Of a stretch of DNA of 64,000 nt, positions 36,078 to 46,582 are shown in pieces. Both the position numbers and the translations under genes were made by a program. The DNA comes from Methyloceanibacter sp. (GTDB lineage: Bacteria > Pseudomonadota > Alphaproteobacteria > Rhizobiales > Methyloligellaceae). The stretch is from assembly GCA_041500805.1 (NCBI GenBank), contig JBGQMX010000002.1:7640-71639 (forward strand), given 5' to 3'. Numbering within the stretch: the first letter of the stretch is position 1; every line of letters starts with the position of its first letter. Below the pieces are notes generated by a model that was given only the letters and a program-made list of their open reading frames with translations, was not told where the DNA came from and searched no databases.

Positions 36078-37136
36078 TCAGCTCAGATTCGTTTGGGTAG
36101 TAGCCGGATAGAGGCGATAGCGGCGCGGCAGGACCGCGAGCCGTCCCGAGAGATTGAGACTGTAATCGGCGGGCAGCTCGATCTCGATGCGATCCCCGCG
36201 CCCCCCGACCTCAAGATCGACGCGGCGCGCCCCGCCGTGACGCCTCAGCCCCTGAACCACGCCCGGGATGGCGCCGGGTAGATCGTTGCCGATCTCGACG
36301 TCATGCGGACGGAAGAAGAGGCTTGCCGGACCTGAGGGCACGCCGGCCGCAGCAAGATCGAGCGGGCGCTCATCGAGCCAGACCTTGCCTTGCTCGATCC
36401 GCACCGGCAGCACGCTCGATTCCCCGATGAAGGAGAACACGAAGGGCGAGTTCGGCTCGTCGTAGATCTCGTCGGGCGTGCCGATCTGCTCGATCTTGCC
36501 TTCGCTCATCACCACCACGCGGTCGGCGAGCTCGAGCGCCTCCTCCTGGTCGTGGGTGACGAACACGGTGGTGTGCCCGGTCTTGTTGTGAATCTCCAGA
36601 AGCCAGCGGCGAAGGTCCCGGCGCACCTTGGCGTCAAGCGCACCGAATGGCTCGTCCAGCAGAAGCACGCGCGGCTCGATGGCCAAGGCGCGGGCAAAGG
36701 CCACGCGCTGGCGCTGCCCGCCCGAGAGTTGCGACGGGTAGCGCTTCTCCAGCCCCGTAAGCTGCACGAAGTCGAGCAGCTCGAGCGCGCGCCGTTTGAT
36801 CTCTTTCCGGCTCGGGCGCCGTGGGCGTGGCCGCACGCGCAAGCCGAAGCCGATATTTTCGAGCACCGTCATATGGCGGAAGAGCGCGTAGTTCTGGAAC
36901 ACCAGCCCGACATTACGCTCCTGCACGGTGAGCTTGAGCGCGTCCTCGCCGTCGAACAGCACCCGGCCGGAGGTCGGAGCGTCGAGACCGGCGAGGATGC
37001 GCAACAGCGTGGTCTTGCCCGAGCCGGAGGGCCCCAGCAGCGCCACGAGCTCGCCCGCACCGATGTCGAGGGAGACCCCATGCAGAGCCGGCGTCGTGCC
37101 GAAAATTCTGACGACGTTCTCGACCGATACGTCCAC
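36078..37136 (-). CDS. cysA: Sulfate ABC transporter ATP-binding subunit
   Basis: GPSGSGKTT, LSGGQRQRVA, LLLDEPF and VTHDQEEA motifs; TOBE-like end; GTG 37136 chosen, with an alternative start at 37220. Confidence 0.95.
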   Translation of the reverse strand: MDVSVENVVRIFGTTPALHGVSLDIGAGELVALLGPSGSGKTTLLRILAGLDAPTSGRVLFDGEDALKLTVQERNVGLVFQNYALFRHMTVLENIGFGLRVRPRPRRPSRKEIKRRALELLDFVQLTGLEKRYPSQLSGGQRQRVAFARALAIEPRVLLLDEPFGALDAKVRRDLRRWLLEIHNKTGHTTVFVTHDQEEALELADRVVVMSEGKIEQIGTPDEIYDEPNSPFVFSFIGESSVLPVRIEQGKVWLDERPLDLAAAGVPSGPASLFFRPHDVEIGNDLPGAIPGVVQGLRRHGGARRVDLEVGGRGDRIEIELPADYSLNLSGRLAVLPRRYRLYPATTQTNLS

Positions 37137-37244
37137 GGTCCTATCCCATGGTGATGCCGTTTCCCCGCGGTCCCACCCGGCGGCCGGAGAATTCACCTCA
37201 TTTGCTACCCGAGCGTCCACGATTTTCTAGGCCTTTCTCTTGAC

Positions 37245-37291
37245 GCATGATCTTGTCCGAAAAGTCTGCAACTTTTCGGGATCATGCTCTA
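37245..37291. repeat. Single-hairpin member of the rhizobial mosaic-type repeat; supplies the cysW stop codon
   Basis: GCATGATC-TTGTCCGAAAAGTCTGCAACTTTTCGG-GATCATGC-TCTA; same family as 19440-19490 in the opposite orientation. Confidence 0.8.
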
Positions 37292-38173
37292 ATGCCGGCG
37301 GGAGGCAGCGATCTGATCCGCGTAGCGCCACTCGAGCGCTACCTTGATGACAAGCGTAATGAGGGCCAGCAGCGCGAGCAGAGAAGCGACCGCGAAGGCC
37401 GCCGCGAAATTGTACTCGTTATAGAGAATCTCGACATGCAGCGGCATGGTGTTGGTCTTGCCTCTGATATGGCCCGAGACCACCGACACGGCACCGAACT
37501 CGCCCATGGCGCGGGCGTTGCAGAGGACCACGCCATAGAGCAGCGCCCAGCGGATATTGGGCAGCGTCACCTTGAAGAAGGTCTTCCACCCACTCGCGCC
37601 GAGGGACAACGCAGCCTCCTCATCCTGCGTTCCCTGCTCCTGCATCAGCGGCACGAGCTCGCGGGCGACGAAGGGGAAGGTGACGAAGATGGTGGCCAGC
37701 ACGATGCCGGGCAAGGCGAAGATGATCTGGATGTTTTCGCTATGCAGATAGGCGCCGAAATAGCCCTGAGCGCCGAACAAGAGCACATAGATGAGCCCCG
37801 AGATCACCGGCGAGACCGAGAAGGGAAGGTCGATCAGGGTATTGAGCACGCTCTTGCCCTTGAATTCGAACTTGGCGATGGCCCAGGCGGCGGCGAGGCC
37901 GAACACCACATTGGCGGGAACGGCGATGGCCGCCACGAGAAGGCTGAGCCTGATCGCAGCGAGCGCGTCAGGCTCGGTGATGGCGGCGAAATAAGCGCCG
38001 ATGCCAGCACGGAATGCTTCGACGAACACCGCCGCGAGCGGCATCAATAGGAACAACACGAGAAAGGCAACCGAGACCCCGATCAAGATGAGCCGGACGG
38101 GCCATTGCTCGGTGGTGACGGTCGTGCCGCGTTGCTCGGTGACAAGCAGCGGGGCGATGGCGCCATCGGTCAT
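37289..38173 (-). CDS. cysW: Sulfate ABC transporter permease CysW
   Basis: [25 protein letters not shown] and [18 protein letters not shown] motifs. Confidence 0.95.
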   Translation of the reverse strand: MTDGAIAPLLVTEQRGTTVTTEQWPVRLILIGVSVAFLVLFLLMPLAAVFVEAFRAGIGAYFAAITEPDALAAIRLSLLVAAIAVPANVVFGLAAAWAIAKFEFKGKSVLNTLIDLPFSVSPVISGLIYVLLFGAQGYFGAYLHSENIQIIFALPGIVLATIFVTFPFVARELVPLMQEQGTQDEEAALSLGASGWKTFFKVTLPNIRWALLYGVVLCNARAMGEFGAVSVVSGHIRGKTNTMPLHVEILYNEYNFAAAFAVASLLALLALITLVIKVALEWRYADQIAASRRH

Positions 38174-39024
38174 TGGCCAAATCTCCGCCGCTGCCAGGCC
38201 TGCACGAGGTGCACCAAGAAGAGCAGGCTGAAGGAGATCAAGAGCATCGCCGTGCCGATGGCGGTTGCCTGCGGATAGCTGAACTCCTCAAGCCTGATGA
38301 TGATGAGGAGCGGCGCGATCTCGGAGATGAAAGGGAGATTGCCGGCAATGAAGATGACCGAACCATATTCGCCGACAGCGCGCGCAAGCGCCAAGGCAAA
38401 GCCCGTCAGGATCGCCGGCAACAAAGCGGGCAGCATGACGCGGAAGACGGTCTGCCGCCGGTTGGCACCAAGCGTCGCCGAAGCCTCCTCGAGCTCGCGG
38501 TCGAACTCTTCCAGCACCGGCTGCACGGTGCGGACCACGAAGGGCAGCCCGATAAAGATGAGCGCGATGGTGATCCCAAGCGGGGTGTAGGCGATCTTGA
38601 TGCCGAGCGGAGCGAACCAGCTGCCGATCCAGCCATTGGGCGCGTAGAGAGAGGCGAGCGCGATACCGGCAACGGCGGTCGGCAGCGCGAAAGGAAGATC
38701 GACGAAGGCATCCAATAACCGCCGGCCCGGGAAGCGATAGCGGACCAGCACCCAGGCGATGATGGCGCCGAACACCGCGTTGACGGTCGCGGCGAACAAG
38801 GAGGTGAGGAAGCTCAGGCGCAAGGCAGCCAGCGTGCGCGGGGCGGTGACGATGTCCCAAAAGCCGGCAAACCCGAGGGTCGCCGACTTCAGCACCATCG
38901 CCGCAAGCGGAATGAGAACGATCAGGCCGAGATACGTCAAAGTGAAACCGAGCGCCAACCCGAAACCCGGGATGGCGCTCGGTCGCTTCAACGCAAGGCC
39001 GCGGGCGCCGGCCATATGCGTCAA
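38170..39024 (-). CDS. cysT: Sulfate ABC transporter permease CysT
   Basis: [31 protein letters not shown] and [16 protein letters not shown] motifs. Confidence 0.95.
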   Translation of the reverse strand: MTHMAGARGLALKRPSAIPGFGLALGFTLTYLGLIVLIPLAAMVLKSATLGFAGFWDIVTAPRTLAALRLSFLTSLFAATVNAVFGAIIAWVLVRYRFPGRRLLDAFVDLPFALPTAVAGIALASLYAPNGWIGSWFAPLGIKIAYTPLGITIALIFIGLPFVVRTVQPVLEEFDRELEEASATLGANRRQTVFRVMLPALLPAILTGFALALARAVGEYGSVIFIAGNLPFISEIAPLLIIIRLEEFSYPQATAIGTAMLLISFSLLFLVHLVQAWQRRRFGQ

Positions 39025-39025
39025 C

Positions 39026-40051
39026 TCAGTTCGTCGACTTCGGCTGGTAGACCTGGTCGAAGATGCCGCCTTCGCCGAAATGCTTAGGCTGCGCCTTCTC
39101 CCAGCCGCCGAACAGCGGGTCGTCGATCGACACGAGCTTCACGTCGGGGAAGCGCGCGAGGTCCTTGGGATCGGCGGATTTGGGATCGGACGGGCGATAG
39201 TAGTTATGGGCGATGAGCTTCTGGGCTTCCGGCGTGTAGAGGAAGCTCAGATAGGCTTCGGCGACTTTCCGCGTGCCCTTGGAGTCGACCACCTCGTCGA
39301 CGACGGCGACGGGCGGCTCGGCCTTGATCGAGAGCGACGGGACGACGATCTCGAACTTGTCGGCGCCAAGCTCGTCAAGCGCGAGGAAGGCCTCGTTCTC
39401 CCAGGCAAGCAGGACGTCGCCGATGCCGCGCTGGGCGAAGGTCGTGGTCGAGCCGCGCGCGCCGGTGTCAAGCACGGGCACGTTGGCGTAGAGGTTCTTG
39501 ATGAACTCCTTGTCCTTGTCCTCGCTGTGGCCGTACTTCTCGTCGGCATAAGCCCAGGCCGCGAGATAGTTCCAGCGCGCGCCGCCGGAGGTCTTGGGAT
39601 TGGGCGTGATCACCGCGACGCCCTTCTTGACCAGGTCATCCCAGTCGTTGATCTTCTTGGGGTTGCCCTTGCGCACCAGGAAAACGATGGTCGAGGTGTA
39701 GGGCGAGGAATTGTTGCCGAGGCGCTTCTGCCAGTCGGCCTTGATCTTGCCGGACTTGGCGATCTCGTCGATGTCGCCCTGGAGAGCCAGCGTCACGACA
39801 TCGGCCTGCAGGCCGTCGATGACGGCGCGGGCCTGCTTGCCTGAGCCGCCATGGGACTGCTCGATCGCCACGGTCTCTCCGGTCTTGGCCTTCCAATCCT
39901 TGATGAAGGCCTCGTTGACCGCCTTGTAGAGCTCCCGCGTCGGATCATAGGAAACGTTGAGAAGGGTCGTGTCGGCGAGCACGGCGCCCGCTGTCAGCGT
40001 GGTCAAGATGAGAGCCGCGCCGGCGGCAAGGGTGCTTCGAAGTCTGGTCAT
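39026..40051 (-). CDS. sbp: Periplasmic sulfate-binding protein
   Basis: Sec signal; [36 protein letters not shown] and DTGARG motifs. Confidence 0.96.
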   Translation of the reverse strand: MTRLRSTLAAGAALILTTLTAGAVLADTTLLNVSYDPTRELYKAVNEAFIKDWKAKTGETVAIEQSHGGSGKQARAVIDGLQADVVTLALQGDIDEIAKSGKIKADWQKRLGNNSSPYTSTIVFLVRKGNPKKINDWDDLVKKGVAVITPNPKTSGGARWNYLAAWAYADEKYGHSEDKDKEFIKNLYANVPVLDTGARGSTTTFAQRGIGDVLLAWENEAFLALDELGADKFEIVVPSLSIKAEPPVAVVDEVVDSKGTRKVAEAYLSFLYTPEAQKLIAHNYYRPSDPKSADPKDLARFPDVKLVSIDDPLFGGWEKAQPKHFGEGGIFDQVYQPKSTN

Positions 40052-40083
40052 CGCTGATCTCCTCTGTGATAACACCATTAACC

Positions 40084-40108
40084 CTATCTAGTTGATAGTG
40101 TTTATCAA
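40084..40108. promoter_or_regulatory. Overlapping inverted repeats upstream of sbp, candidate Rrf2 operator
   Basis: CTATC-tagtt-GATAG (40084-40098) and TTGATA-gtgtt-TATCAA (40092-40108). Confidence 0.5.
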
Positions 40109-40228
40109 GGGGGGACCGTACCATATTTTTTCAGGCTGGAAGGCGCCCCAGCCTAGAGAACATCCAGGCGAGGGAATTTGTTTCCAGGAGCAGGGGCCCT
40201 GGCTGGCATTTCAGAGGGTCAAGGAAGC

Positions 40229-40675
40229 CTAAGAGACGGGCTCGACAGCTCCGACCGCAACGCTTTCGCGCCCGGCAATGGCGTCGGCAATAGTGGTGCG
40301 GTCGAGGACCGCGCGGGCGGAGTTGGTTACCAGGGCAAAGACGTGCCTAATCTCGCAGTCCTCCTCGGTACGGCAGTCGACGCAGCGGCGATAGGCTATG
40401 CGGCTCAGGCAGGGCAAGGGCGCCAGCGGGCCGTCGAGGATGCGCAAGACCTGCCCGAAGGTGATCTGGTCGGCGGGCATGAGGAGCGCATAGCCGCCAA
40501 GCTTGCCTCTTCGGCTCATGACGATGCCATGGCGCTTCAGCTCAAGCAGGATCTGCTCGAGGAACTTACGCGGGATTTTCTCTTGGGCCGCGATCTCGCC
40601 GATCATCATCGACTCCCCCGCGCGGGCAAGCGCGACGAGGGCGCGGAGAGCATATTTTGCTTTTTGCGAGATCAT
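40229..40675 (-). CDS. Rrf2-family transcriptional regulator
   Basis: MISQKAKYALRAL, IPRKFLEQIL and SRRGKLGGY winged HTH; C-x8-C-x2-C-x5-C cluster. Confidence 0.92.
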   Translation of the reverse strand: MISQKAKYALRALVALARAGESMMIGEIAAQEKIPRKFLEQILLELKRHGIVMSRRGKLGGYALLMPADQITFGQVLRILDGPLAPLPCLSRIAYRRCVDCRTEEDCEIRHVFALVTNSARAVLDRTTIADAIAGRESVAVGAVEPVS

Positions 40676-40768
40676 CTTTGGGGATGGCCCCTTATCTTTA
40701 TCGATATGATCGGGATATAGCGGCTAAGTGCCGGCGAAGCAATGTGCGTTGAGGCGAGTGCCGTGCCT

Positions 40769-42259
40769 TCAGGAGCTCTTGGGGGCTCGCGGCGCGGCCG
40801 CGCGGGACTTCGGCGGCGCGGCGGCGCGCTCGGATCGTGCCCGCATGAAGGCATCAAAGAGCTCATCGGGGGTGATCGTCGCCTTGTCGCTGCGGCGCAG
40901 AGCCTTGGGTAACGGCGCAGAGCCGGGCTTCCCCTCCACGGCTTCGGCGGTCACGACCGTTGCAACTTCCTGCGGTGTGACGGTCACGGTCTTGCGTCCG
41001 GCACTCACGAATCGTCCGGCAACTTGCGCGACCGGGAGGACCAACGCCGCCTTGCGATAGATGTCGTACCAGAAGGGGGCGCCAAGACCGATAAGCGCGC
41101 CCGCCAGAAGGGTGGAGAAGAACCACCACCAGCCACTCCCACGCGAGAAGACCCATTTGAGCCAATGTGGCTGGTACACGAGCCAATCGAGCGGCAGCGC
41201 ATAACTGCTCAAGTGCACCTTAAAATAATCGCCCATCTTCGGAATGCGATCGGCTTCGTTTTCGACGTAGCAATTCGTCCGGTCCGCCTCGACGGCGCCG
41301 CAGAACGGGAAATAATCCCGGCCGATCGGGACGCCCTGCTCATTGAGCTTGGCCAAAGTTGCCTTGGTCTGCTCAAGAGCCTTCGTCAATTGCGCACTGG
41401 CATCTTCGGGGGCCGTCGTGTCCTTTGGGGCCCCTGGCGCGGCCACAGAAGGGGCGGCGTCATTCTCGGCCTGTGCTTTCTGTAAGGTCTCGAAAGACTG
41501 ACGGACCTGCTCCGATGCAGCGGGATTGAGCACCAGGGTCCTAAAGACGCGCACGGCATCAACGTTGACCACGAAGGCGAGCGCAATCGAGACGACGACT
41601 GAGATCGCCCAGGCGCGGCGCGCGAAGTAATCGCTCGCCGCCTCCCCATAGCGCTCGAACTGATAGGCCACAGTCCGAAGCACGGTCCTCAACTTCGCCT
41701 CGTCAAAGGCTGCGAGCTTCTCGCCGGCGTCGGTATTGGCGAGCTGCTCGACGAACTGTAGCGTGTCGATGTTTTCGAAGTCGTAGGTGACCACGCGGCG
41801 CCGGAGCCAATCCACGGCGCGGTCAAAGGCGTTGAGCGGAGCTGACCAGCCGAAGTTCGGATTGCGCATCAGCTGTTCGGCGAACTGCGCCGCAGCCACC
41901 TTCCCTGCAACATAGTCGAGAGGCTCTTCCTCATCCTGATGCGCCGCGTCCCGAGCGGCGCTCACCATGCTTTTCCGAATCGAGCCGTCGGACTCTTGCC
42001 CGAGGCTCTTGGCAGCCGCCGTGAGACTCGCTCCGGCCTTGACCGCCGCGGTGATCTCCTTGGATGGGGCTTGCTCCAGATGCTCGCCGACGAGGTCGCG
42101 AAGCGCCGTCTCATAGAGGCGTTCGAGCATCTCCTGGAGGCCGGCACGGCGCTTGCGAAGGACCTTTTGCACCGTCTCGACGATGACCGTGACCAGCGTA
42201 GCAAGCATGATCATGATGGCGGCAAAGGCCAGGATGGCCGTGAGCAAGTCGAGCATCAA
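40769..42259 (-). CDS. Hypothetical multi-pass membrane protein with an LGAPFWYD motif
   Basis: 496-aa ORF with GGGGG RBS; three hydrophobic segments; FVVNVDA and GALIGLGAPFWYD motifs. Confidence 0.75.
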   Translation of the reverse strand: MMLDLLTAILAFAAIMIMLATLVTVIVETVQKVLRKRRAGLQEMLERLYETALRDLVGEHLEQAPSKEITAAVKAGASLTAAAKSLGQESDGSIRKSMVSAARDAAHQDEEEPLDYVAGKVAAAQFAEQLMRNPNFGWSAPLNAFDRAVDWLRRRVVTYDFENIDTLQFVEQLANTDAGEKLAAFDEAKLRTVLRTVAYQFERYGEAASDYFARRAWAISVVVSIALAFVVNVDAVRVFRTLVLNPAASEQVRQSFETLQKAQAENDAAPSVAAPGAPKDTTAPEDASAQLTKALEQTKATLAKLNEQGVPIGRDYFPFCGAVEADRTNCYVENEADRIPKMGDYFKVHLSSYALPLDWLVYQPHWLKWVFSRGSGWWWFFSTLLAGALIGLGAPFWYDIYRKAALVLPVAQVAGRFVSAGRKTVTVTPQEVATVVTAEAVEGKPGSAPLPKALRRSDKATITPDELFDAFMRARSERAAAPPKSRAAAPRAPKSS

Positions 42260-42475
42260 CCCCCCCTATGCGGCGCTCAATGCTTCTCCAGCGGCCGAGA
42301 CGATTTCGCGTTTTTGCTTCTTTGCGAGGCCGAGACCCTCACTATGCTCCCGGACATCTCCCGGTTGCAATAGGCTGCGCCGCACGTTCAAAAGCCCCTA
42401 GCCCCAGGATTTAGGCGAGGCCGGTCTCAGCCCAAGCCCTTGACGAGAGCGGCACCCGTGCCCAACAAACAGAGC

Positions 42476-43873
42476 ATGGCGCAAGCCCCCCATAAGAAGT
42501 TGCCCAAGAAGCTCCATATCAAGACCTTCGGCTGCCAGATGAATGCGTACGATTCCGAGCGCATGGCCGAGGCGCTTGAGCCGCAAGGCTACGCCCTCAC
42601 CCACGATCCGGCCGAGGCCGACCTCGTCATCCTCAACACCTGCCATATCAGGGAGAAGGCGGCGGAGAAGGTCTATTCGGAGCTCGGACGGGCGCGCTTG
42701 GCGAAGGAGCACCGCAAGAGCCGAGGGCTCGACACCCTGATCGCGGTTGCGGGCTGCGTCGCACAGGCCGAGGGGCGTGAGATCATCGCCCGCGCCCCTG
42801 CCGTGGATATCGTCGTCGGCCCGCAGAGCTATCATCGCTTGGCGCATCTCGTGGAGGAAGCCGCCGCGACCGGCAGGGGTCTTGTCGCGACGGAGTTCCC
42901 GGCGGAGGAGAAGTTCGCCCATCTGCCCGAGCGGCCTAAGGGGAAGGCGAGAGCCTCGGCCTTCGTCACCGTGCAGGAAGGCTGCGACAAATTCTGCACC
43001 TTCTGCGTCGTGCCCTATACAAGGGGCGCGGAATTCTCACGCGCGCCCTCCGAGATCATCGCCGAGGTGGAACGGCTCGCGGCAACCGGGGTGCGCGAGA
43101 TCACGCTGCTCGGGCAGAACGTGAATGCCTATCATGGGGCCGGTCCCGACGGGTTGGCATGGCCGCTGGCGAGGCTCCTGAGGCGCCTGGCGGAAATCGC
43201 CGCGATCGATCGGCTTCGCTACACGACGAGCCACCCTCTCGACATGGACGACGAGCTGATCGCGCTGTTCGGCGAAGAGCCGAAGCTCATGCCCTATCTG
43301 CACCTCCCCTTCCAGGCGGGCTCGGACCGCATCCTTGCGGCGATGAACCGCAAGCATAGTGCCGCCAAGTATGAGGCGCTGATCGGCAAGGTGCGGCAGG
43401 CGCGGCCCGATATCGCGCTGTCCACCGACATTATCGTGGGCTTTCCAGGCGAGACCGATGCGGATTTCGAGGAGACCTTGGCGCTTGCCGCCCGTGCCCG
43501 CTTCGCCCAGGCCTTCTCTTTTAAATATAGCGCGCGGCCGGGAACGCCCGCGGCAAGCCTTGAGGGCCAGGTGCCGGAGGCGGTGAAGCGGGAGCGCCTC
43601 TATGCCGTGCAAAGCCTGCTCGACGGCGACCGCCACGCCTTCGACCGGGCCACCGTCGGCCGCAGCCTCGAAGTCCTGTTCGAGGGCCGGGGAAGGAAAC
43701 CAGGTCAGATCGCCGGGCGTTCTCCTTATCTACAGGCGGTTCACGTGGAGGGGCCCGAGGGACTGATCGGCCGGATCGCGGCGGTTGACATCTTGGCCGC
43801 CAGCCCGAACAGTCTCACCGGTGTCATAAAATCGGGGTTTGAATGGCGCGGGCCAGTTCAGGCGGCCGTGTGA
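42476..43873 (+). CDS. miaB: tRNA-i6A37 methylthiotransferase MiaB
   Basis: [22 protein letters not shown], radical [15 protein letters not shown] domain. Confidence 0.97.
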   Translation: MAQAPHKKLPKKLHIKTFGCQMNAYDSERMAEALEPQGYALTHDPAEADLVILNTCHIREKAAEKVYSELGRARLAKEHRKSRGLDTLIAVAGCVAQAEGREIIARAPAVDIVVGPQSYHRLAHLVEEAAATGRGLVATEFPAEEKFAHLPERPKGKARASAFVTVQEGCDKFCTFCVVPYTRGAEFSRAPSEIIAEVERLAATGVREITLLGQNVNAYHGAGPDGLAWPLARLLRRLAEIAAIDRLRYTTSHPLDMDDELIALFGEEPKLMPYLHLPFQAGSDRILAAMNRKHSAAKYEALIGKVRQARPDIALSTDIIVGFPGETDADFEETLALAARARFAQAFSFKYSARPGTPAASLEGQVPEAVKRERLYAVQSLLDGDRHAFDRATVGRSLEVLFEGRGRKPGQIAGRSPYLQAVHVEGPEGLIGRIAAVDILAASPNSLTGVIKSGFEWRGPVQAAV

Positions 43874-44940
43874 CCAACAAGGCCAGCATTCGGAAAGCAT
43901 CATTGGCACGCGGGCGCGGAGCGGCTCTGAAGCGCGCGAGCGCCGCGCAAGCCAATGGAGGCGGGGAGCCGACCGTCGTATTTTTCGACGACATGCGGCT
44001 CGTGCGCGATCTCCTTGGCGACTATGACGCAAATCTTGCCGTTCTCGAGGACCGCCTCGGGATCGAGGCGGTGGTCAACGGCAACGCGGTCAGCCTGCGG
44101 GGGCCTGAAGCCTCCTGCGCCACGGCGAAGTCGGTGCTCGAGCAGCTTTACGGCCGGCTCGCGCAGGGCGAGATGATCGGGGTCGGTGAAGTGGTCGGCG
44201 CCATCCGCCATGCCCGCACCGTCGAGCCCGGCGAAACCTCAGAGCCGGGCGCCGAGCATCCCGAGGCGCAGCAGATCCGCACGCGCCAGCGTCTGATCAC
44301 GGCGCGGACGCCCCGGCAAAGCGCCTACCTCAAATCTCTCGAGCGGAACGACCTCGTCTTCGCCACCGGCCCCGCCGGCACCGGCAAGACCTATCTCGCG
44401 GTCGCCTTCGCCGCGGCGTGTCTCGAAAGCGGGAGATGCGACCGGCTCATCCTGTCGCGGCCGGCGGTCGAGGCCGGCGAGCGGCTCGGCTTCCTTCCCG
44501 GCGACATGCGGGAGAAGGTCGACCCCTATCTGCGGCCGCTTTACGATGCGCTTTACGACGTGCTGGCTCCGGAGCGGGTCGAGCGCGGGCTGGCCACCGG
44601 CGTGATCGAGATCGCGCCGCTTGCCTTCATGCGCGGCCGCACACTTTCCAATGCCATCATCATCCTCGATGAGGCGCAGAACTGCACGCCGATCCAGATG
44701 AAGATGTTCCTCACGCGGCTCGGCGACCAGAGCAAGATGATCGTCACCGGCGACCCGACGCAGGTCGATCTGCCGCCCGGCAAGGACTCAGGGCTGCTCG
44801 AGGCGATCGGCATCCTGCAGGGCATCGAGGAGATCGACCATATCGCCTTCACGAAGGGCGACGTGGTCCGCCGCGAGCTCGTCGGCAAGATCGTCGACGC
44901 CTATGAATCCGCTCCATTGCGCGGTGAGCGCCATGGCTGA
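43870..44940 (+). CDS. phoH: PhoH-family ATPase (YbeZ-like)
   Basis: [15 protein letters not shown]...[22 protein letters not shown] and ILDEAQN motifs; GTG start overlaps the miaB stop. Confidence 0.94.
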   Translation: MTNKASIRKASLARGRGAALKRASAAQANGGGEPTVVFFDDMRLVRDLLGDYDANLAVLEDRLGIEAVVNGNAVSLRGPEASCATAKSVLEQLYGRLAQGEMIGVGEVVGAIRHARTVEPGETSEPGAEHPEAQQIRTRQRLITARTPRQSAYLKSLERNDLVFATGPAGTGKTYLAVAFAAACLESGRCDRLILSRPAVEAGERLGFLPGDMREKVDPYLRPLYDALYDVLAPERVERGLATGVIEIAPLAFMRGRTLSNAIIILDEAQNCTPIQMKMFLTRLGDQSKMIVTGDPTQVDLPPGKDSGLLEAIGILQGIEEIDHIAFTKGDVVRRELVGKIVDAYESAPLRGERHG

Positions 44941-45481
44941 CGGTGGCCCTAGACGCAAGAGTGCCGCGCCTTCCTCTGCCTTGAGGCTCGAGGTCGAAAT
45001 CGTCTGCCATGGAGCGGCCTGGCGAGCGGCCGAAATAACCGACGCCATGCTTGAGAAGGCCGCCCGCGCAGCCTTTCTCGCCGCGCCCCCTGCCCGGCCA
45101 GGAACCTATGCGGTCGACATCCTCCTCACCGACGATGAAGAGATGCGAGCGCTGAACCGCACCTGGCGCGGCAAGGATGCTCCGACCAACGTGCTGTCGT
45201 TTCCCGTGAGCGAGGGGGTGAGCGAGCCCGGCCCTATCGGGGACGTCGTGCTCGCCTACGAGACGACGCACAAGGAAGCGCGCGACGACGGCCTCGCTCT
45301 TGCCGACCACGTGTCCCACCTCGTGGTCCACGGCGTGCTGCATCTCCTCGGCTTCGATCACGAGACGGACGACGAGGCCGAGCGGATGGAAGATCTCGAA
45401 AGAACGGTGCTCGCCTCTCTCGGTATCGCCGACCCATATGCGGAGGAGAAAGAGGCAGGCGCTGCGGAGGTGTCACCATGA
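44933..45481 (+). CDS. ybeY: rRNA maturation endoribonuclease YbeY
   Basis: LNRTWRGKDAPTNVLSF and HLVVHGVLHLLGFDH motifs. Confidence 0.96.
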   Translation: MADGGPRRKSAAPSSALRLEVEIVCHGAAWRAAEITDAMLEKAARAAFLAAPPARPGTYAVDILLTDDEEMRALNRTWRGKDAPTNVLSFPVSEGVSEPGPIGDVVLAYETTHKEARDDGLALADHVSHLVVHGVLHLLGFDHETDDEAERMEDLERTVLASLGIADPYAEEKEAGAAEVSP

Positions 45482-46464
45482 GCAACGCCCCCATCGCCGA
45501 GAACGAGCTTCAGCCCGAGGAGGCGCGGCCGGCCGACGAGGAGGTCTCCTGGTTCGAGCGCTTGCTTGCGACCTTCGGCCTCGGCGAGGAGCCCGATCTG
45601 CGCGAGCTGATCGAGGACGCTCTCGCCCGCAGCAAGAGCGACGCCTTGAGCGCGCAGGAGCGCACCATGCTGCGCCGCATCCTGCACTTCGGCACGCTCA
45701 CGGTCGAGGACGTCATGGTGCCGCGCGCCGATATCATTGCGGTCGACGATACCGTCACCGTCGATGACCTGATGCGCGTCTTCCGCCAGGCCGAGCATTC
45801 GCGGGTGCCGGTTTATCACGAGACGCTCGACGATCCGCGCGGCATGGTCCATATCCGCGACCTGATGTCGTGGATCACCGCTCAGGCGGAGGCTGGCGGA
45901 ACTGGCAGCCTCGATCTCGGCAAGGTCGATCTTGCGCGCACCGTCGCCTCCATCAACATCACACGTGAGATCCTTTACGTGCCGGGATCGATGTCGGTGG
46001 TCGATCTCCTGCTCAAGATGCAGACGACGAGGCTCCATCTCGCTCTCGTCGTCGATGAATATGGCGGCACCGACGGGCTGGTCTCCATCGAGGACCTGAT
46101 CGAGGAGGTGGTTGGCGAGATCGCCGACGAGCACGATGTCGAGGACGAGCCGCTGATCCGGTCCGATCCCCGCCTCGGCCTCATCGCCGACGCGCGGACC
46201 CCGGTCGAAGAGCTCGAGCAGCATCTTGGGGTCGAGCTCGTCTCGGGCGAGCAGGAGGAAGACATCGATACTCTCGGCGGCCTCGTCTTCTCCATTGCCG
46301 GCCGCATCCCAGCCCGAGGTGAGCTTGTGCGTCACCCAAGCGGCATCGAGTTCGAGGTGCTCGAGGCCGATCCGCGCCGGATCAAGAAGCTGCGCATCCA
46401 CCTCCCTCAAGCGCCGGGCGAAACTCTAACCGGTGCAGCAAAGCCCGAAAGCCAGAAGCCTTAA
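45478..46464 (+). CDS. corC: HlyC/CorC family CBS-domain protein
   Basis: VEDVMVPRADI, HSRVPVY, VVDEYGGTDGLVSIEDLIEEVVGEIADEHD and CorC_HlyC domain (TLGGLV). Confidence 0.93.
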   Translation: MSNAPIAENELQPEEARPADEEVSWFERLLATFGLGEEPDLRELIEDALARSKSDALSAQERTMLRRILHFGTLTVEDVMVPRADIIAVDDTVTVDDLMRVFRQAEHSRVPVYHETLDDPRGMVHIRDLMSWITAQAEAGGTGSLDLGKVDLARTVASINITREILYVPGSMSVVDLLLKMQTTRLHLALVVDEYGGTDGLVSIEDLIEEVVGEIADEHDVEDEPLIRSDPRLGLIADARTPVEELEQHLGVELVSGEQEEDIDTLGGLVFSIAGRIPARGELVRHPSGIEFEVLEADPRRIKKLRIHLPQAPGETLTGAAKPESQKP

Positions 46465-46487
46465 TGAGGCCGCACCGCTTGCTCTCC

Positions 46488-46570
46488 CCTCCCCCCTTGT
46501 GGGGGAAGGATAGGGAGGGGGATCGGCAACCGTCGGAGATTTCCGGAGGAGCGGTTCACCCCCCCTCGGG
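46488..46570. repeat. Truncated copy of the 33101-33220 cruciform element at the corC/lnt junction
   Basis: CCTCCCCCCTTGTGGGGGAAGGATAGGGAGGGGG closely matches the reverse complement of 33181-33213; right arm reduced to GGTTCACCCCCCCTC. Confidence 0.8.
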
Positions 46571-46582
46571 CCAGGAGGGGAC

